Positions 39,003 through 46,878 of a stretch of DNA of 64,000 bases are shown piece after piece. The notes below the pieces were generated by a model that worked only from the letters and a program-made list of their open reading frames with translations, made no database searches and was not told the origin of the DNA. Source of the DNA: Christensenella sp. UBA6880 (GTDB lineage Bacteria; Bacillota; Clostridia; Christensenellales; CAG-917); the NCBI GenBank assembly GCA_002449145.1, contig DKCG01000041.1:37791-101790 (forward strand), read 5' to 3'. Position 1 is the stretch's first letter; every line of letters begins with the position of its first letter. The translations under genes and the position numbers were made by a program.

Positions 39003-40694
39003 TTATTTCAAAGAATCCTTGTATCTTTGCGCGTTTGCTTTCATCTCTTTTGCGTGCGGCACGGCGTATATCGAATAGTCGTTTCCGCCGATAAGCCTTG
39101 CCACTTCGTCCGTATCGTCCTCGAGCAAATCGACGTGAGTCAACGTCTTGCCGTTTTCGGTGGACTTCGAGATGAGATAGTGATTGTCCGCCATAGAAGC
39201 GAGCGACGGCATATGCGTCACGGCAATGACTTGTCTTGCACGTGAAATGTTACACATCTTTTCGGACACTACCTGCGAGATATTGCCCGAAATTCCGGTA
39301 TCTATCTCGTCGAAAACCATAGTGCCGATGTCGTCAACGCCTGCGAGAATGTTTTTGAACGCAAGCATAAATCTTGACATTTCACCGCCCGAAATTATCT
39401 TCGCAAGCGGTTTTAATGGCTCGCCGACGTTTGGTGAAATCATAAATTCCACGCTATCCGCGCCGTTTGCGGATATTTGGTCAACGTCGTCCGTCGTTTC
39501 GATTTCGACTTTGAACGTCGAACCGCCCATACCCAAATCGCAAAGTTCTTTCGTGATGTCTTTTTCAAACTTATCTGCGATTTTACGTCTTTCCTGCGAG
39601 AGTTTTTTCGCGCTTGCAAGCAACTTTTCGGCGGCGACTTTAATTTCTTTTTCGAGTTGGTCCACTCTTTCGGTTGCGTTCGAGAGCGTTTGCGCTTCTT
39701 TGGTCGCTTCTTCATAGAATCTTTGCAATGATTCGTAGCTTCCGCCGTACTTGCGCAAAATCGTGCGCACTACTTCCAACCTTTCCTCAATCTGCTCTGC
39801 CGAGCGCGAATCGAAGTCGAGTTTTTGAAGCATATCCGAAAGAGTTTCGGATATATCCGTAATTTCAACCTTGCAAGAATCCAACCTATCCACGATAGGC
39901 GCGATGTTTTCGTCGTATGAAGAAATTGTGTTCAAAAGCGAGTTTGCGTTCTTTATGGACGCGCTCACGCTTTGAGAATCGTATCCGTCCAAAAGGTTTT
40001 TCGCACCTTCGAGCGCGGATATGATTTTTTCCATATTGCGAATACGCTTGCGAGCGGAAAGGAGTTCGTCTTCCTCGCCTTCTTTTACGTCCGCTTTTTC
40101 GATTTCGTCAATCTGGAAGGATAAAATATCGAGTTTTCTCTCTCTTTCGTCGGCGTTTCCGAATCTGGAAAACTCTTTTTTGAGCGACGTGTATTCGGCA
40201 AAATCCTTTTCGACTTCGCCCTTTACCGTCGCGATTTTCTTTTCGCCGAGTTTGTCGAGAAGTTTGATATGATTCGCGCTTTTAAGTAGCGATTGATGTT
40301 CGTGCTGACCGTGAATATCGACGAGAAGTTCGGTAAGGCTTTTGAGTGCTGACAAAGTGGAAATTCTACCGTTTATTCTGCACTCGTTTTTGCCGTCCGC
40401 ACTCATTTTTCTGCGCAAAATAAGCACGTCTTCGGCTTCGATTCCCAAATCGTCGAGACAATCCTTTACGGCCGGCGTAAGATAATCCTCGAACACCGCC
40501 TCTACGCTCGCCTTGTCCGTACCGAAGCGAATGAGGGATTTATCCGCGCGCTCGCCCAACACGAAATTGAGCGAGTCGATAATAATCGACTTACCCGCAC
40601 CCGTTTCGCCGCTCAAAATATTCAACCCGTTTTTGAGTTCGAGTTCGAGTTTATCGATGAGCGCGATATTTTCGATTGAGAGTTGGCAAAGCAT
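39003..40694 (-). CDS. recN: DNA repair protein RecN
   Basis: 563 aa. SMC-like Walker A GETGAGKSIIIDSL, coiled-coil middle, C-terminal signature/Walker B (SGGEMSRFMLAFK...VFDEIDTGISG). Confidence 0.96.
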   Translation of the reverse strand: MLCQLSIENIALIDKLELELKNGLNILSGETGAGKSIIIDSLNFVLGERADKSLIRFGTDKASVEAVFEDYLTPAVKDCLDDLGIEAEDVLILRRKMSADGKNECRINGRISTLSALKSLTELLVDIHGQHEHQSLLKSANHIKLLDKLGEKKIATVKGEVEKDFAEYTSLKKEFSRFGNADERERKLDILSFQIDEIEKADVKEGEEDELLSARKRIRNMEKIISALEGAKNLLDGYDSQSVSASIKNANSLLNTISSYDENIAPIVDRLDSCKVEITDISETLSDMLQKLDFDSRSAEQIEERLEVVRTILRKYGGSYESLQRFYEEATKEAQTLSNATERVDQLEKEIKVAAEKLLASAKKLSQERRKIADKFEKDITKELCDLGMGGSTFKVEIETTDDVDQISANGADSVEFMISPNVGEPLKPLAKIISGGEMSRFMLAFKNILAGVDDIGTMVFDEIDTGISGNISQVVSEKMCNISRARQVIAVTHMPSLASMADNHYLISKSTENGKTLTHVDLLEDDTDEVARLIGGNDYSIYAVPHAKEMKANAQRYKDSLK

Positions 40695-40739
40695 AATTCA
40701 CCGCCTTCGACGAATGTCAAAAAGCAAATACGTTCGTGA

Positions 40740-41210
40740 TTAATAAAGTCTGTTCGCTTCGAGCAAATCTTCGAGACGTCTGCGTATCATATCGACGTGT
40801 TCGAGAGAATCCACCGCAACGAAAATCGTGTTGTCGCCCGCGATAACGCCGAGAACTTCGTCATACGACAGTTTGTCGATAAGTTCCGCGGCAGGACCTG
40901 CGCTGCCCGTTTCCGTTTTGAGAACTACGAGATTGCCCGTGCTCTTTATGGAAACGACAGTGTTTTTGAACATACTCAAAAATTTGTCTGCGGCACTTGC
41001 CTCTTTCGTTTGTTGCGCGGTGTATTTATAATGTCTGCCGTCGCTCGATAGAGTTTTGATAATGCCCATTTCCTTGATGTCGCGCGACACGGTGGCTTGG
41101 GTCACCGAAAAGCCTTCGCTGCGAAGGTAATCCACAAGTTCTTCTTGCGTGTCGACGTCGTGCTTTGAAATGATGTCCAAAATTTTGAGTTGTCTGTTTG
41201 CTCTCGCCAT
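40740..41210 (-). CDS. argR: arginine repressor
   Basis: 156 aa. Winged-helix N-terminus (VTQATVSRDIKEMGI), C-terminal oligomerisation domain (GVIAGDNTIFV). argR-recN synteny. Confidence 0.94.
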   Translation of the reverse strand: MARANRQLKILDIISKHDVDTQEELVDYLRSEGFSVTQATVSRDIKEMGIIKTLSSDGRHYKYTAQQTKEASAADKFLSMFKNTVVSIKSTGNLVVLKTETGSAGPAAELIDKLSYDEVLGVIAGDNTIFVAVDSLEHVDMIRRRLEDLLEANRLY

Positions 41211-41221
41211 AATAATTCACC

Positions 41222-42025
41222 TTATCCTCTGGGATCGACTAAACCCCATCTGTTCATTTTTTGAAGCAATTTCTTGAAGAAATTGTTATCTTTGGTTGCC
41301 AAAAACTTTACGTTTCGAGCGGATTTTTCAACGAAAACGCTCTTTTCGCCCTCGATATTCGCAACGTTCTCGCCGTCGGCGCACACGAGTGCTTTTTCGC
41401 CTTTTGCAAGTCGCAATTCGATTTTGGATTGCGCGTTCACGACGAGCGGTCGAGAATGTAAAGAGTGCGCGCATACGGGGATAATCACGAGCGCGTCAAC
41501 GTCGGGCGCAAGCACAGGACCGCCTGCAGACAGCGAATACGCCGTAGAACCCGTCGGCGAAGACACGATTGCGCCGTCGCTGTGGTATGAATCGACAAAC
41601 TTTCCGTCAACGTAGACGCCGATATAAATCGGGCGCGAAGTCGCGCTTTTAAGCACGATTTCGTTGAGTGCTTTCCCGCAAAAATCGTCGAAGCGCACGT
41701 CGAGCATCGCTCTTTTCTCGATTTTGCCTTCTAAAATCCCGTTTGCGATTTCGCTTGCCGAAGAATCCTTTTCAAACTGTGTCAAAAATCCGAGATTTCC
41801 GATGTTTACGCCCGTTACGACGACATCTTCTCTTACGTCTTTCACCGCTTCGAGAACCGTTCCGTCACCGCCGAAAACGATCAGATTGCTGCAATCGGAC
41901 GGAATATTTTTCCCGTCCTCGATCTCGAATATGTCAAATCTATCGTCGGCTTTGAGCAAAGCGACGATATCGTTCATTTCCTTTGAATATTCGGCTTTCG
42001 TGAAAATTGCGATTTTCGTTTTCAT
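41222..42025 (-). CDS. nadK: NAD kinase
   Basis: GGDGT motif (IVFGGDGTVLEA), NadK-like throughout. ATG 42025 (MKTKIAIF) is preferred; the track start 42031 is a TTG lying at the predicted transcription start. Confidence 0.9.
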   Translation of the reverse strand: MKTKIAIFTKAEYSKEMNDIVALLKADDRFDIFEIEDGKNIPSDCSNLIVFGGDGTVLEAVKDVREDVVVTGVNIGNLGFLTQFEKDSSASEIANGILEGKIEKRAMLDVRFDDFCGKALNEIVLKSATSRPIYIGVYVDGKFVDSYHSDGAIVSSPTGSTAYSLSAGGPVLAPDVDALVIIPVCAHSLHSRPLVVNAQSKIELRLAKGEKALVCADGENVANIEGEKSVFVEKSARNVKFLATKDNNFFKKLLQKMNRWGLVDPRG

Positions 42026-42036
42026 AATCAAGAGGC

Positions 42037-42065
42037 ATTATACAACATCGAAAGTTTTTATTCAA
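42037..42065 (-). promoter_or_regulatory. candidate promoter of nadK-argR-recN (near-leaderless)
   Basis: - strand: TTGAAT (42065-60), 17-nt spacer, TATAAT (42042-37). Predicted +1 near 42030, only about 5 nt before ATG 42025, with no SD. Confidence 0.5.
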
Positions 42066-42091
42066 GTATAAAACGAAGTTTTATTGAATAA
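42058..42091. repeat. AT-rich 14-bp interrupted inverted repeat overlapping the nadK -35 element
   Basis: TTATTCA(agt)ATAAAAC-GAA-GTTTTAT-TGAATAA: 7+7 bp with a 3-nt bulge. Sits between the divergent promoters. Confidence 0.7.
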
Positions 42092-42157
42092 TTGCATATT
42101 TTCGGCGATTTTATGCAAAGCGGAATTTGCGGCGATTTGCAACTTTGCCTCTATCGA

Positions 42158-42185
42158 TTGACATATTTGCTCGCTTTTGTATAAT
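42158..42185 (+). promoter_or_regulatory. near-consensus sigma-A promoter for a leaderless mRNA
   Basis: TTGACA (42158-63), 16-nt spacer, TATAAT (42180-85). Predicted +1 = 42192, which is the A of the ATG of the small ORF. Confidence 0.65.
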
Positions 42186-42191
42186 TGAGGT

Positions 42192-42515
42192 ATGTTTAGT
42201 TTGGTTTTATCCATATCCGAATTCGCAACGAAACTCGTCGCCGGACTGTCCGGCACTATTTTTGCGTTGCTGATTTTAGGACTCGCTATCGGCGCAAGAA
42301 ATCGTGTTCCGAAGAATATAAATCCCGACGAACTCAAACGCAAGGCAAAGGACGCTCCCGAAGTCGAAAACACGGACAAGAAAGGCAAAAAATCCAAATC
42401 CGACAAATCGAAAAACAAAGCGGAATCGACCGATAATAAGCAAGATAAATCCGATACCAACGAAAATAACGCCGACAACTCATCGAAAAAGGAAGAAGCG
42501 GTAGACAAAAAGTAA
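42192..42515 (+). CDS. small membrane protein with a Lys/Asp/Ser/Asn-rich disordered tail
   Basis: 107 aa. Hydrophobic N-terminus (LSGTIFALLILGLAIGA), then a tail ...KKGKKSKSDKSKNKAESTDNKQDKSD.... Purine-rich coding strand like other genes here. Has its own promoter and terminator. Confidence 0.55.
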   Translation: MFSLVLSISEFATKLVAGLSGTIFALLILGLAIGARNRVPKNINPDELKRKAKDAPEVENTDKKGKKSKSDKSKNKAESTDNKQDKSDTNENNADNSSKKEEAVDKK

Positions 42516-42565
42516 AACGCAATCAAATAATCGAAAATGGCGACAAATCGAAATACGATACAAAA

Positions 42566-42596
42566 ATGACGTCTCAAACGGACGTCATTATTTTTT
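42566..42596. terminator. bidirectional intrinsic terminator shared by the small + ORF and tlyA
   Basis: AAAA-ATGACGTC-TCAAACG-GACGTCAT-TATTTTTT. The 8-bp stem abuts the tlyA stop codon (42588-90). Confidence 0.8.
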
Positions 42597-43307
42597 CATA
42601 TAGAGCAAATATTCGATGTTTTTGTTCTCGTAGCGTATGGGCGAAGTGGACAAATCCAGTATTTTGAAGCCGACGTTTTGCGCGTATTCGGTGACGTTAT
42701 TCACCGCTTTTTTTCGTAGTTTTTCGTCGGTAACGATACCGCTTTTGTTGAGCGCGGATTTGTCGAGTTCAAATTGCGGTTTGATAAGCACGACCGCCTC
42801 GCCGTCCGTTTCGAGCAAATCGAACATAGATTTCAAAACGTACGTCAAAGATATAAAACTCACGTCACTGCAAAGAAAATCGACTTTTTCGAGGTTATGC
42901 GGCAGTTCTCTAGCGTTCGCTTTCAAAAATTCGACCTTACCCGATTCGAGAAGCCTATTTTCGAGCGCGCAGTCGGCAACGTCTACGGCAAGCACGCGCT
43001 TTGCGCCGTGACGAAGCAGACAATCGGTAAATCCGCCGTTCGAACAACCAATATCCGCGCAGTATTTTCCCTCGACGTTAAGGTTAAAGTCGCAAAACGC
43101 TTTTTCGAGTTTATACGCCCCTTGCGAAGCGTAATTTTCGTCGTTTACGATTTGCACATCGTCGCTATCCGTTACGTCGGTCGAGGATTTTGAAACGATT
43201 TTACCGTTTAGAGTCACTCTACTCGTTTTTATAAGATTCTCTGCGTATGTGCGGGATTTTAGATTGAATTTTTCTTGAATATACCTGTCTATTCTCATAT
43301 GATTCAA
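42588..43307 (-). CDS. tlyA: TlyA-family rRNA 2'-O-methyltransferase (S4 domain + FtsJ-like)
   Basis: 239 aa. S4-like N-terminus (RIDRYIQEKF...SRTYAENLIK), SAM-binding CADIGCSNGGFTDCLL. Confidence 0.9.
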   Translation of the reverse strand: MNHMRIDRYIQEKFNLKSRTYAENLIKTSRVTLNGKIVSKSSTDVTDSDDVQIVNDENYASQGAYKLEKAFCDFNLNVEGKYCADIGCSNGGFTDCLLRHGAKRVLAVDVADCALENRLLESGKVEFLKANARELPHNLEKVDFLCSDVSFISLTYVLKSMFDLLETDGEAVVLIKPQFELDKSALNKSGIVTDEKLRKKAVNNVTEYAQNVGFKILDLSTSPIRYENKNIEYLLYMKK

Positions 43308-43316
43308 TCCTAAAAT

Positions 43317-44213
43317 TCAATCATTGTCCGATTTACTTGATTGCTCGTTTACGTGTTTTTTCTCTTGTTGTTTTGCGATTTTGGCTTTCTTTCTTATCTT
43401 TCTCTCGTCCTTATTGAATACGGCGAGAACGCGCGCGACGAACATAACGAAATCTCGAGAATTGTCGATTGCGATTTTTTTCATAAACGCCTTGCCGCCG
43501 ATTGTCATTGCAGACACTATTGCCGAAACGACGATAGAAAGCACGATTTGCCACGTTTCGGTCAAAGAAACGGTTATTTTGACAACCAACACCGCCGAGC
43601 AAGCACCCGAAATAATACTGAATATATCGCCCACTATATCGTTGCAAACGCTGGACACGGTATCGCTGTTTTTGGTGAGCCAAAGCGCGGTTTTTGCGCC
43701 GTACACCTTTCTCGAAGCCATAGAGATTATAGGCGTCGTATCGCAAGAGGTCACCGCAACGCCGATTGCGTCGAATAAAATACCCGACAAAATGAGGAAC
43801 GCAAGCAAAATTATGACAACCACGAGTTGTTCTGCGTTAGACACGATTTCGCTCAGATACGAGAAAAACGCTGACAAGACGAGGGAAATTACCGTTGCTT
43901 TAATCCACCAAAGATTGCGCTTTTTCTTGGGAGTTTTCTTCTTTTTATCGTCCTTTGACGCGTCGAGTTTGTCCGATTTGTCGACGTGTTTATTGCTTGT
44001 CAAGTCGTGTTTTTGACTTGCCGTCGTTGCGACGATTTTGTCGATGTTCTTGTTGTTTGAATCGGAATCCGAAACGGCATTGACTTTGTCGTCAACGCCT
44101 TGATTTTGAGTATCTAACTTAGTGTTTTGAATATCAGATAAATTGCCGGCGCCGTCGGAAACGTTGCCCGACGATGTATCGCTTTGAGATTTGTTATCGC
44201 TATGAGTCTGCAT
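43317..44213 (-). CDS. oapA: four-TM membrane protein, candidate OLE-associated protein A, with a ~100-aa low-complexity N-terminal extension
   Basis: ATG 44213 lies after a GAGGTG SD (the track start 44219 is the GTG inside the SD). Four hydrophobic helices after residue ~100, DIVGD (DxxxD) in helix 3. Directly downstream of the large RNA and upstream of tlyA. Confidence 0.55.
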   Translation of the reverse strand: MQTHSDNKSQSDTSSGNVSDGAGNLSDIQNTKLDTQNQGVDDKVNAVSDSDSNNKNIDKIVATTASQKHDLTSNKHVDKSDKLDASKDDKKKKTPKKKRNLWWIKATVISLVLSAFFSYLSEIVSNAEQLVVVIILLAFLILSGILFDAIGVAVTSCDTTPIISMASRKVYGAKTALWLTKNSDTVSSVCNDIVGDIFSIISGACSAVLVVKITVSLTETWQIVLSIVVSAIVSAMTIGGKAFMKKIAIDNSRDFVMFVARVLAVFNKDERKIRKKAKIAKQQEKKHVNEQSSKSDND

Positions 44214-44239
44214 ATGCACCTCAAAATAAAATTCTATGT

Positions 44240-44814
44240 AATGGTGGCAACGTCTCGGGTAAACCTTGCGCCATAGGTTCGGTAGGTTTTCCCTGACTCA
44301 AAACTCGTCGTCGCCGTCCGAGAAGTTTCCTATCATATGAGTCATCTCAAAGAGAAACCGAATCGCCACTTAGAGCACACTATAATCCCCGAGTCGCCTC
44401 GCAAGAACAGTCTAGAAGATTTCCTTGACAGATTCCGCCCGCCCTTATCTTTTTTTGCAAAGAGGATTTCACAAGGCGATCGCCCGTCGTTGTTGCGCAA
44501 CGCCGACGAGCGTGGTTCCTTGATCCCTCCAAATCACTCAAAGCAGGCTACACTGTACACAGCGCAGTTGCACCGCATATCAGGTTTAACCCCGGTCAGT
44601 AGACGATTTTGCGCGACTACCGAGTCGGGTCTCCACGGAAATTGGGTCGGGTTTCGTATGCCGTTACAAGCCGCCCAAAGTCCTTAACTCCCAGCAACAG
44701 CCCCGATTTGGGCAAAAGAAGCCATCACCAGAAACTTCATCGATATGCCCTTCGGCGATATTTTACCCCCGCCTCCGAGTCGGTGGAATCTGACTAGAAT
44801 ACTGCACCACCATT
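44240..44814 (-). ncRNA. large (~575 nt) structured non-coding RNA, best candidate: OLE (ornate, large, extremophilic) RNA class
   Basis: No credible - strand ORF, 50-60% GC. The predicted +1 is the first base of a 10-bp terminal helix (44805-14 with 44240-49; two G-U pairs form only on the - strand). Nested 8-bp helix 44785-92/44429-36. GNRA hairpin 44390-401. Context is oapA-like-tlyA-nadK-argR-recN. Confidence 0.65.
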
Positions 44815-44820
44815 AATTAT

Positions 44821-44848
44821 ATTATATCAAAAAAAAGAAATATGTCAA
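44821..44848 (-). promoter_or_regulatory. near-consensus sigma-A promoter driving the large RNA
   Basis: - strand: TTGACA (44848-43, immediately after the recG TGA), 16-nt spacer, extended -10 TGaTATAAT (44829-21). Predicted +1 = 44814. Confidence 0.7.
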
Positions 44849-44849
44849 C

Positions 44850-46877
44850 TCAACTGTTGAGTGTGACCGAATTTATGGTATCCAAAAACGCATCGATTTT
44901 GGATTTTGACGTCCTCGTAAGTGTCAAAAGTTCGTTCAGCGAAAGATTTGAAAGGAATTTGTCGGCGTATTCCTTTGCGTTAGACAATATTTGCGCGTTT
45001 ACTTCGAGAGAAAACATAGGCGTAAGCGAGCGACCGCTCTGTTTTACGCCCAAAAAGTCGCCTGCGCCGCGCATTTCGAAGTCCACTTCGGCAAGATACT
45101 GTCCGTCGTTGGATTTTTCAAGCGTTTGAAGCCTCTCGATTGCCTTTTCGCCTTTATTTGAGGAATGTAATATACAATGCGCTTCGCTTCCGTCTCTGCC
45201 CACTCTGCCTCGAAGTTGGTGCAAAGAAGAAAGTCCGAATCTGTCCGAATTCAAAATGAGAATTTCCGTTGCCTTGGTGTCGATTCCCACTTCGATAACG
45301 CTCGTTGCGACCAAAAGCCTCGTATTGCCTTGCGAAAACTCGGTCATTGCGCGTTCTTTCTCCTCGTTTTTGAGTTTTCCGTGAATGACAGAAACGGGAA
45401 AATCATCAAATAGATTGCCGAAATCACGCATAAAACTCTCAATCGACATAAGGTTGTTGCCCTCTGCGTCGAATATGGACGGACAAACGATAAACGCTTG
45501 CTTGCCTTCTTTGAGTTTGCGCACGATAAACTCTACCGACGATTGCAAATCTTCGTATACGGACGTTATCACGTTCGTTTGCGCTTCCGCTCGTTTTTCT
45601 ATGCGTGAAATGGCAATATTCTCGTAAAAAGTGAGTGCCATCGAGCGCGGAATAGGCGTTGCGGTGAGGCTCAACACGTCGCACGCACCCTTTCTTTCCA
45701 ACTTTGCTCTGTCGTTTACGCCGAATCTGTGCTGTTCGTCTATAACCGCCAAAGCGAGATTTTTGTATTCAACGTCGTCGGACACAATCGAATTTGTGCC
45801 GATAACGCATTGATAATATCCGTTTTTAAGTCCTGCAAGCACGTTCTTTCTCTCGCTTTGCGTGCAAGAACTCGTAAGCAACGCAAATCTTATGCCCGTT
45901 GCCTTTGCCACTTGCGCAAACTTCTTTGCGTGTTGAGTTGCAAGTATTTCGGTTGGTGCCATAAGCGCGGCTTGTTTTCCGCCTTTTGCCGCCGCGCACA
46001 TCGCAAAGAACGCAACGGCGGTTTTGCCGCTTCCAACGTCGCCGCTAATTATTCTCGACATATATTCGCTTGAGCGCATATCCGACATAATATCTTCAAA
46101 CGCCTGCGTTTGAGAGTCTGTCGGGGCGAAAGAAAGTGTATTTATGTAGTCAACTATTCTAAAATTGTCGAAATTATAAAATACTTTTCTCGCTTTTTGA
46201 GCGTTATTGCGCAATTTTCGGTATATTGACAGAACGATTGAAAGGTCGAGCGATGCAAGCGAATCTATCGCCCTTTCGGCAATATTTATGCTCGTAGGCC
46301 TGTGCGCCGCCTCGAAACACAACGCGAAATCTTTGTTGATTTTGGCAAGATTGCCTTCATACGTTGCGCCTTTCACGCTGTCGAGCGCAGAGTAAACGAT
46401 ATTCTTAAAAGCGTTCTGCCCCATCGTCGAGCCGAGCGGATAAAGCGTGTATATTCCGTCGAGTTTTGAAATCTTTTCGATTTTTTCAAGCGAAGGATTT
46501 ACGACTGTGAGCGAGCCTTGATCGTTTGAAAGCCTCGTGAGCAGTCTGTACGACTGCCCGACGGAAAATCCGTCGTGCAAGAACGGCATATTGTAAAACA
46601 TCGCCTTGAAATAGATTCTGTTGTTTGCAAGGTTGTCGCTGAATATGACGAAAAATGACTTCGTTTTCGAGCGAGTCACGTTCGATACGCTCTCTACTCT
46701 GCCTTCGAGCAACACGAGTTGTCCCGCTTGCGCGTCGATAACTTTTATAGGACTTTTAAGATCGATGTACTTGCGCGGTAAAAAAGAAAAGACCTCGAAT
46801 ACGGAATGTATGTCAAGGTCGTTAAGTTTTTTTATCGTTGCGTCACCGACGCCCTTCACATCGCGCAACGTAAGCAT
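44850..46877 (-). CDS. recG: ATP-dependent DNA helicase RecG
   Basis: 675 aa. Wedge/OB N-terminus, helicase motifs GDVGSGKTAVAF, DEQHRFG, TATPIPR, QLRGRVGR. Confidence 0.96.
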   Translation of the reverse strand: MLTLRDVKGVGDATIKKLNDLDIHSVFEVFSFLPRKYIDLKSPIKVIDAQAGQLVLLEGRVESVSNVTRSKTKSFFVIFSDNLANNRIYFKAMFYNMPFLHDGFSVGQSYRLLTRLSNDQGSLTVVNPSLEKIEKISKLDGIYTLYPLGSTMGQNAFKNIVYSALDSVKGATYEGNLAKINKDFALCFEAAHRPTSINIAERAIDSLASLDLSIVLSIYRKLRNNAQKARKVFYNFDNFRIVDYINTLSFAPTDSQTQAFEDIMSDMRSSEYMSRIISGDVGSGKTAVAFFAMCAAAKGGKQAALMAPTEILATQHAKKFAQVAKATGIRFALLTSSCTQSERKNVLAGLKNGYYQCVIGTNSIVSDDVEYKNLALAVIDEQHRFGVNDRAKLERKGACDVLSLTATPIPRSMALTFYENIAISRIEKRAEAQTNVITSVYEDLQSSVEFIVRKLKEGKQAFIVCPSIFDAEGNNLMSIESFMRDFGNLFDDFPVSVIHGKLKNEEKERAMTEFSQGNTRLLVATSVIEVGIDTKATEILILNSDRFGLSSLHQLRGRVGRDGSEAHCILHSSNKGEKAIERLQTLEKSNDGQYLAEVDFEMRGAGDFLGVKQSGRSLTPMFSLEVNAQILSNAKEYADKFLSNLSLNELLTLTRTSKSKIDAFLDTINSVTLNS

Positions 46878-46878
46878 C

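Noticed and set aside
42058-42100. ARG box (ArgR operator) in front of the nadK-argR-recN operon, because of TGAATAA / TTATTCA half-sites
   Set aside because: The half-sites are in the reverse arrangement (ATTCA...TGAAT) and about 19 bp apart, rather than the 18-bp TGAAT-N-ATTCA palindrome. The neighbouring TGAATAATTGCA is 2 nt too short to fit the Bacillus ARG box.
42062-42577. 171-aa - strand ORF overlapping the small + strand gene
   Set aside because: Its Phe/Leu/Ser-rich sequence looks like the antisense shadow of a Lys/Asp/Glu-rich gene. It would start inside the shared terminator hairpin and it lacks an SD. The + strand ORF has a consensus promoter aligned with its ATG and a purine-rich coding strand like all other genes here.
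44337-44797. + strand ORFs 44337-44687 (116 aa) and 44609-44797 (62 aa) inside the recG-oapA gap
   Set aside because: They lie antisense to a promoter-driven structured RNA and have no SD. Their Arg/Pro/Ser-rich composition is typical of random frames in GC-rich RNA genes, and they would converge head-on with flanking - strand transcription.
44240-44814. tmRNA (ssrA) interpretation of the large RNA, because its 3' end reads ..GUUGCCACCA..
   Set aside because: There is no T-arm (GGUUCGAnUCC) before the CCA-like end. The 5' end is not GGGG-type acceptor-like, and I found no resume codon or tag reading frame. The length (~575 nt) is well beyond tmRNA size, whereas the genomic context fits OLE.
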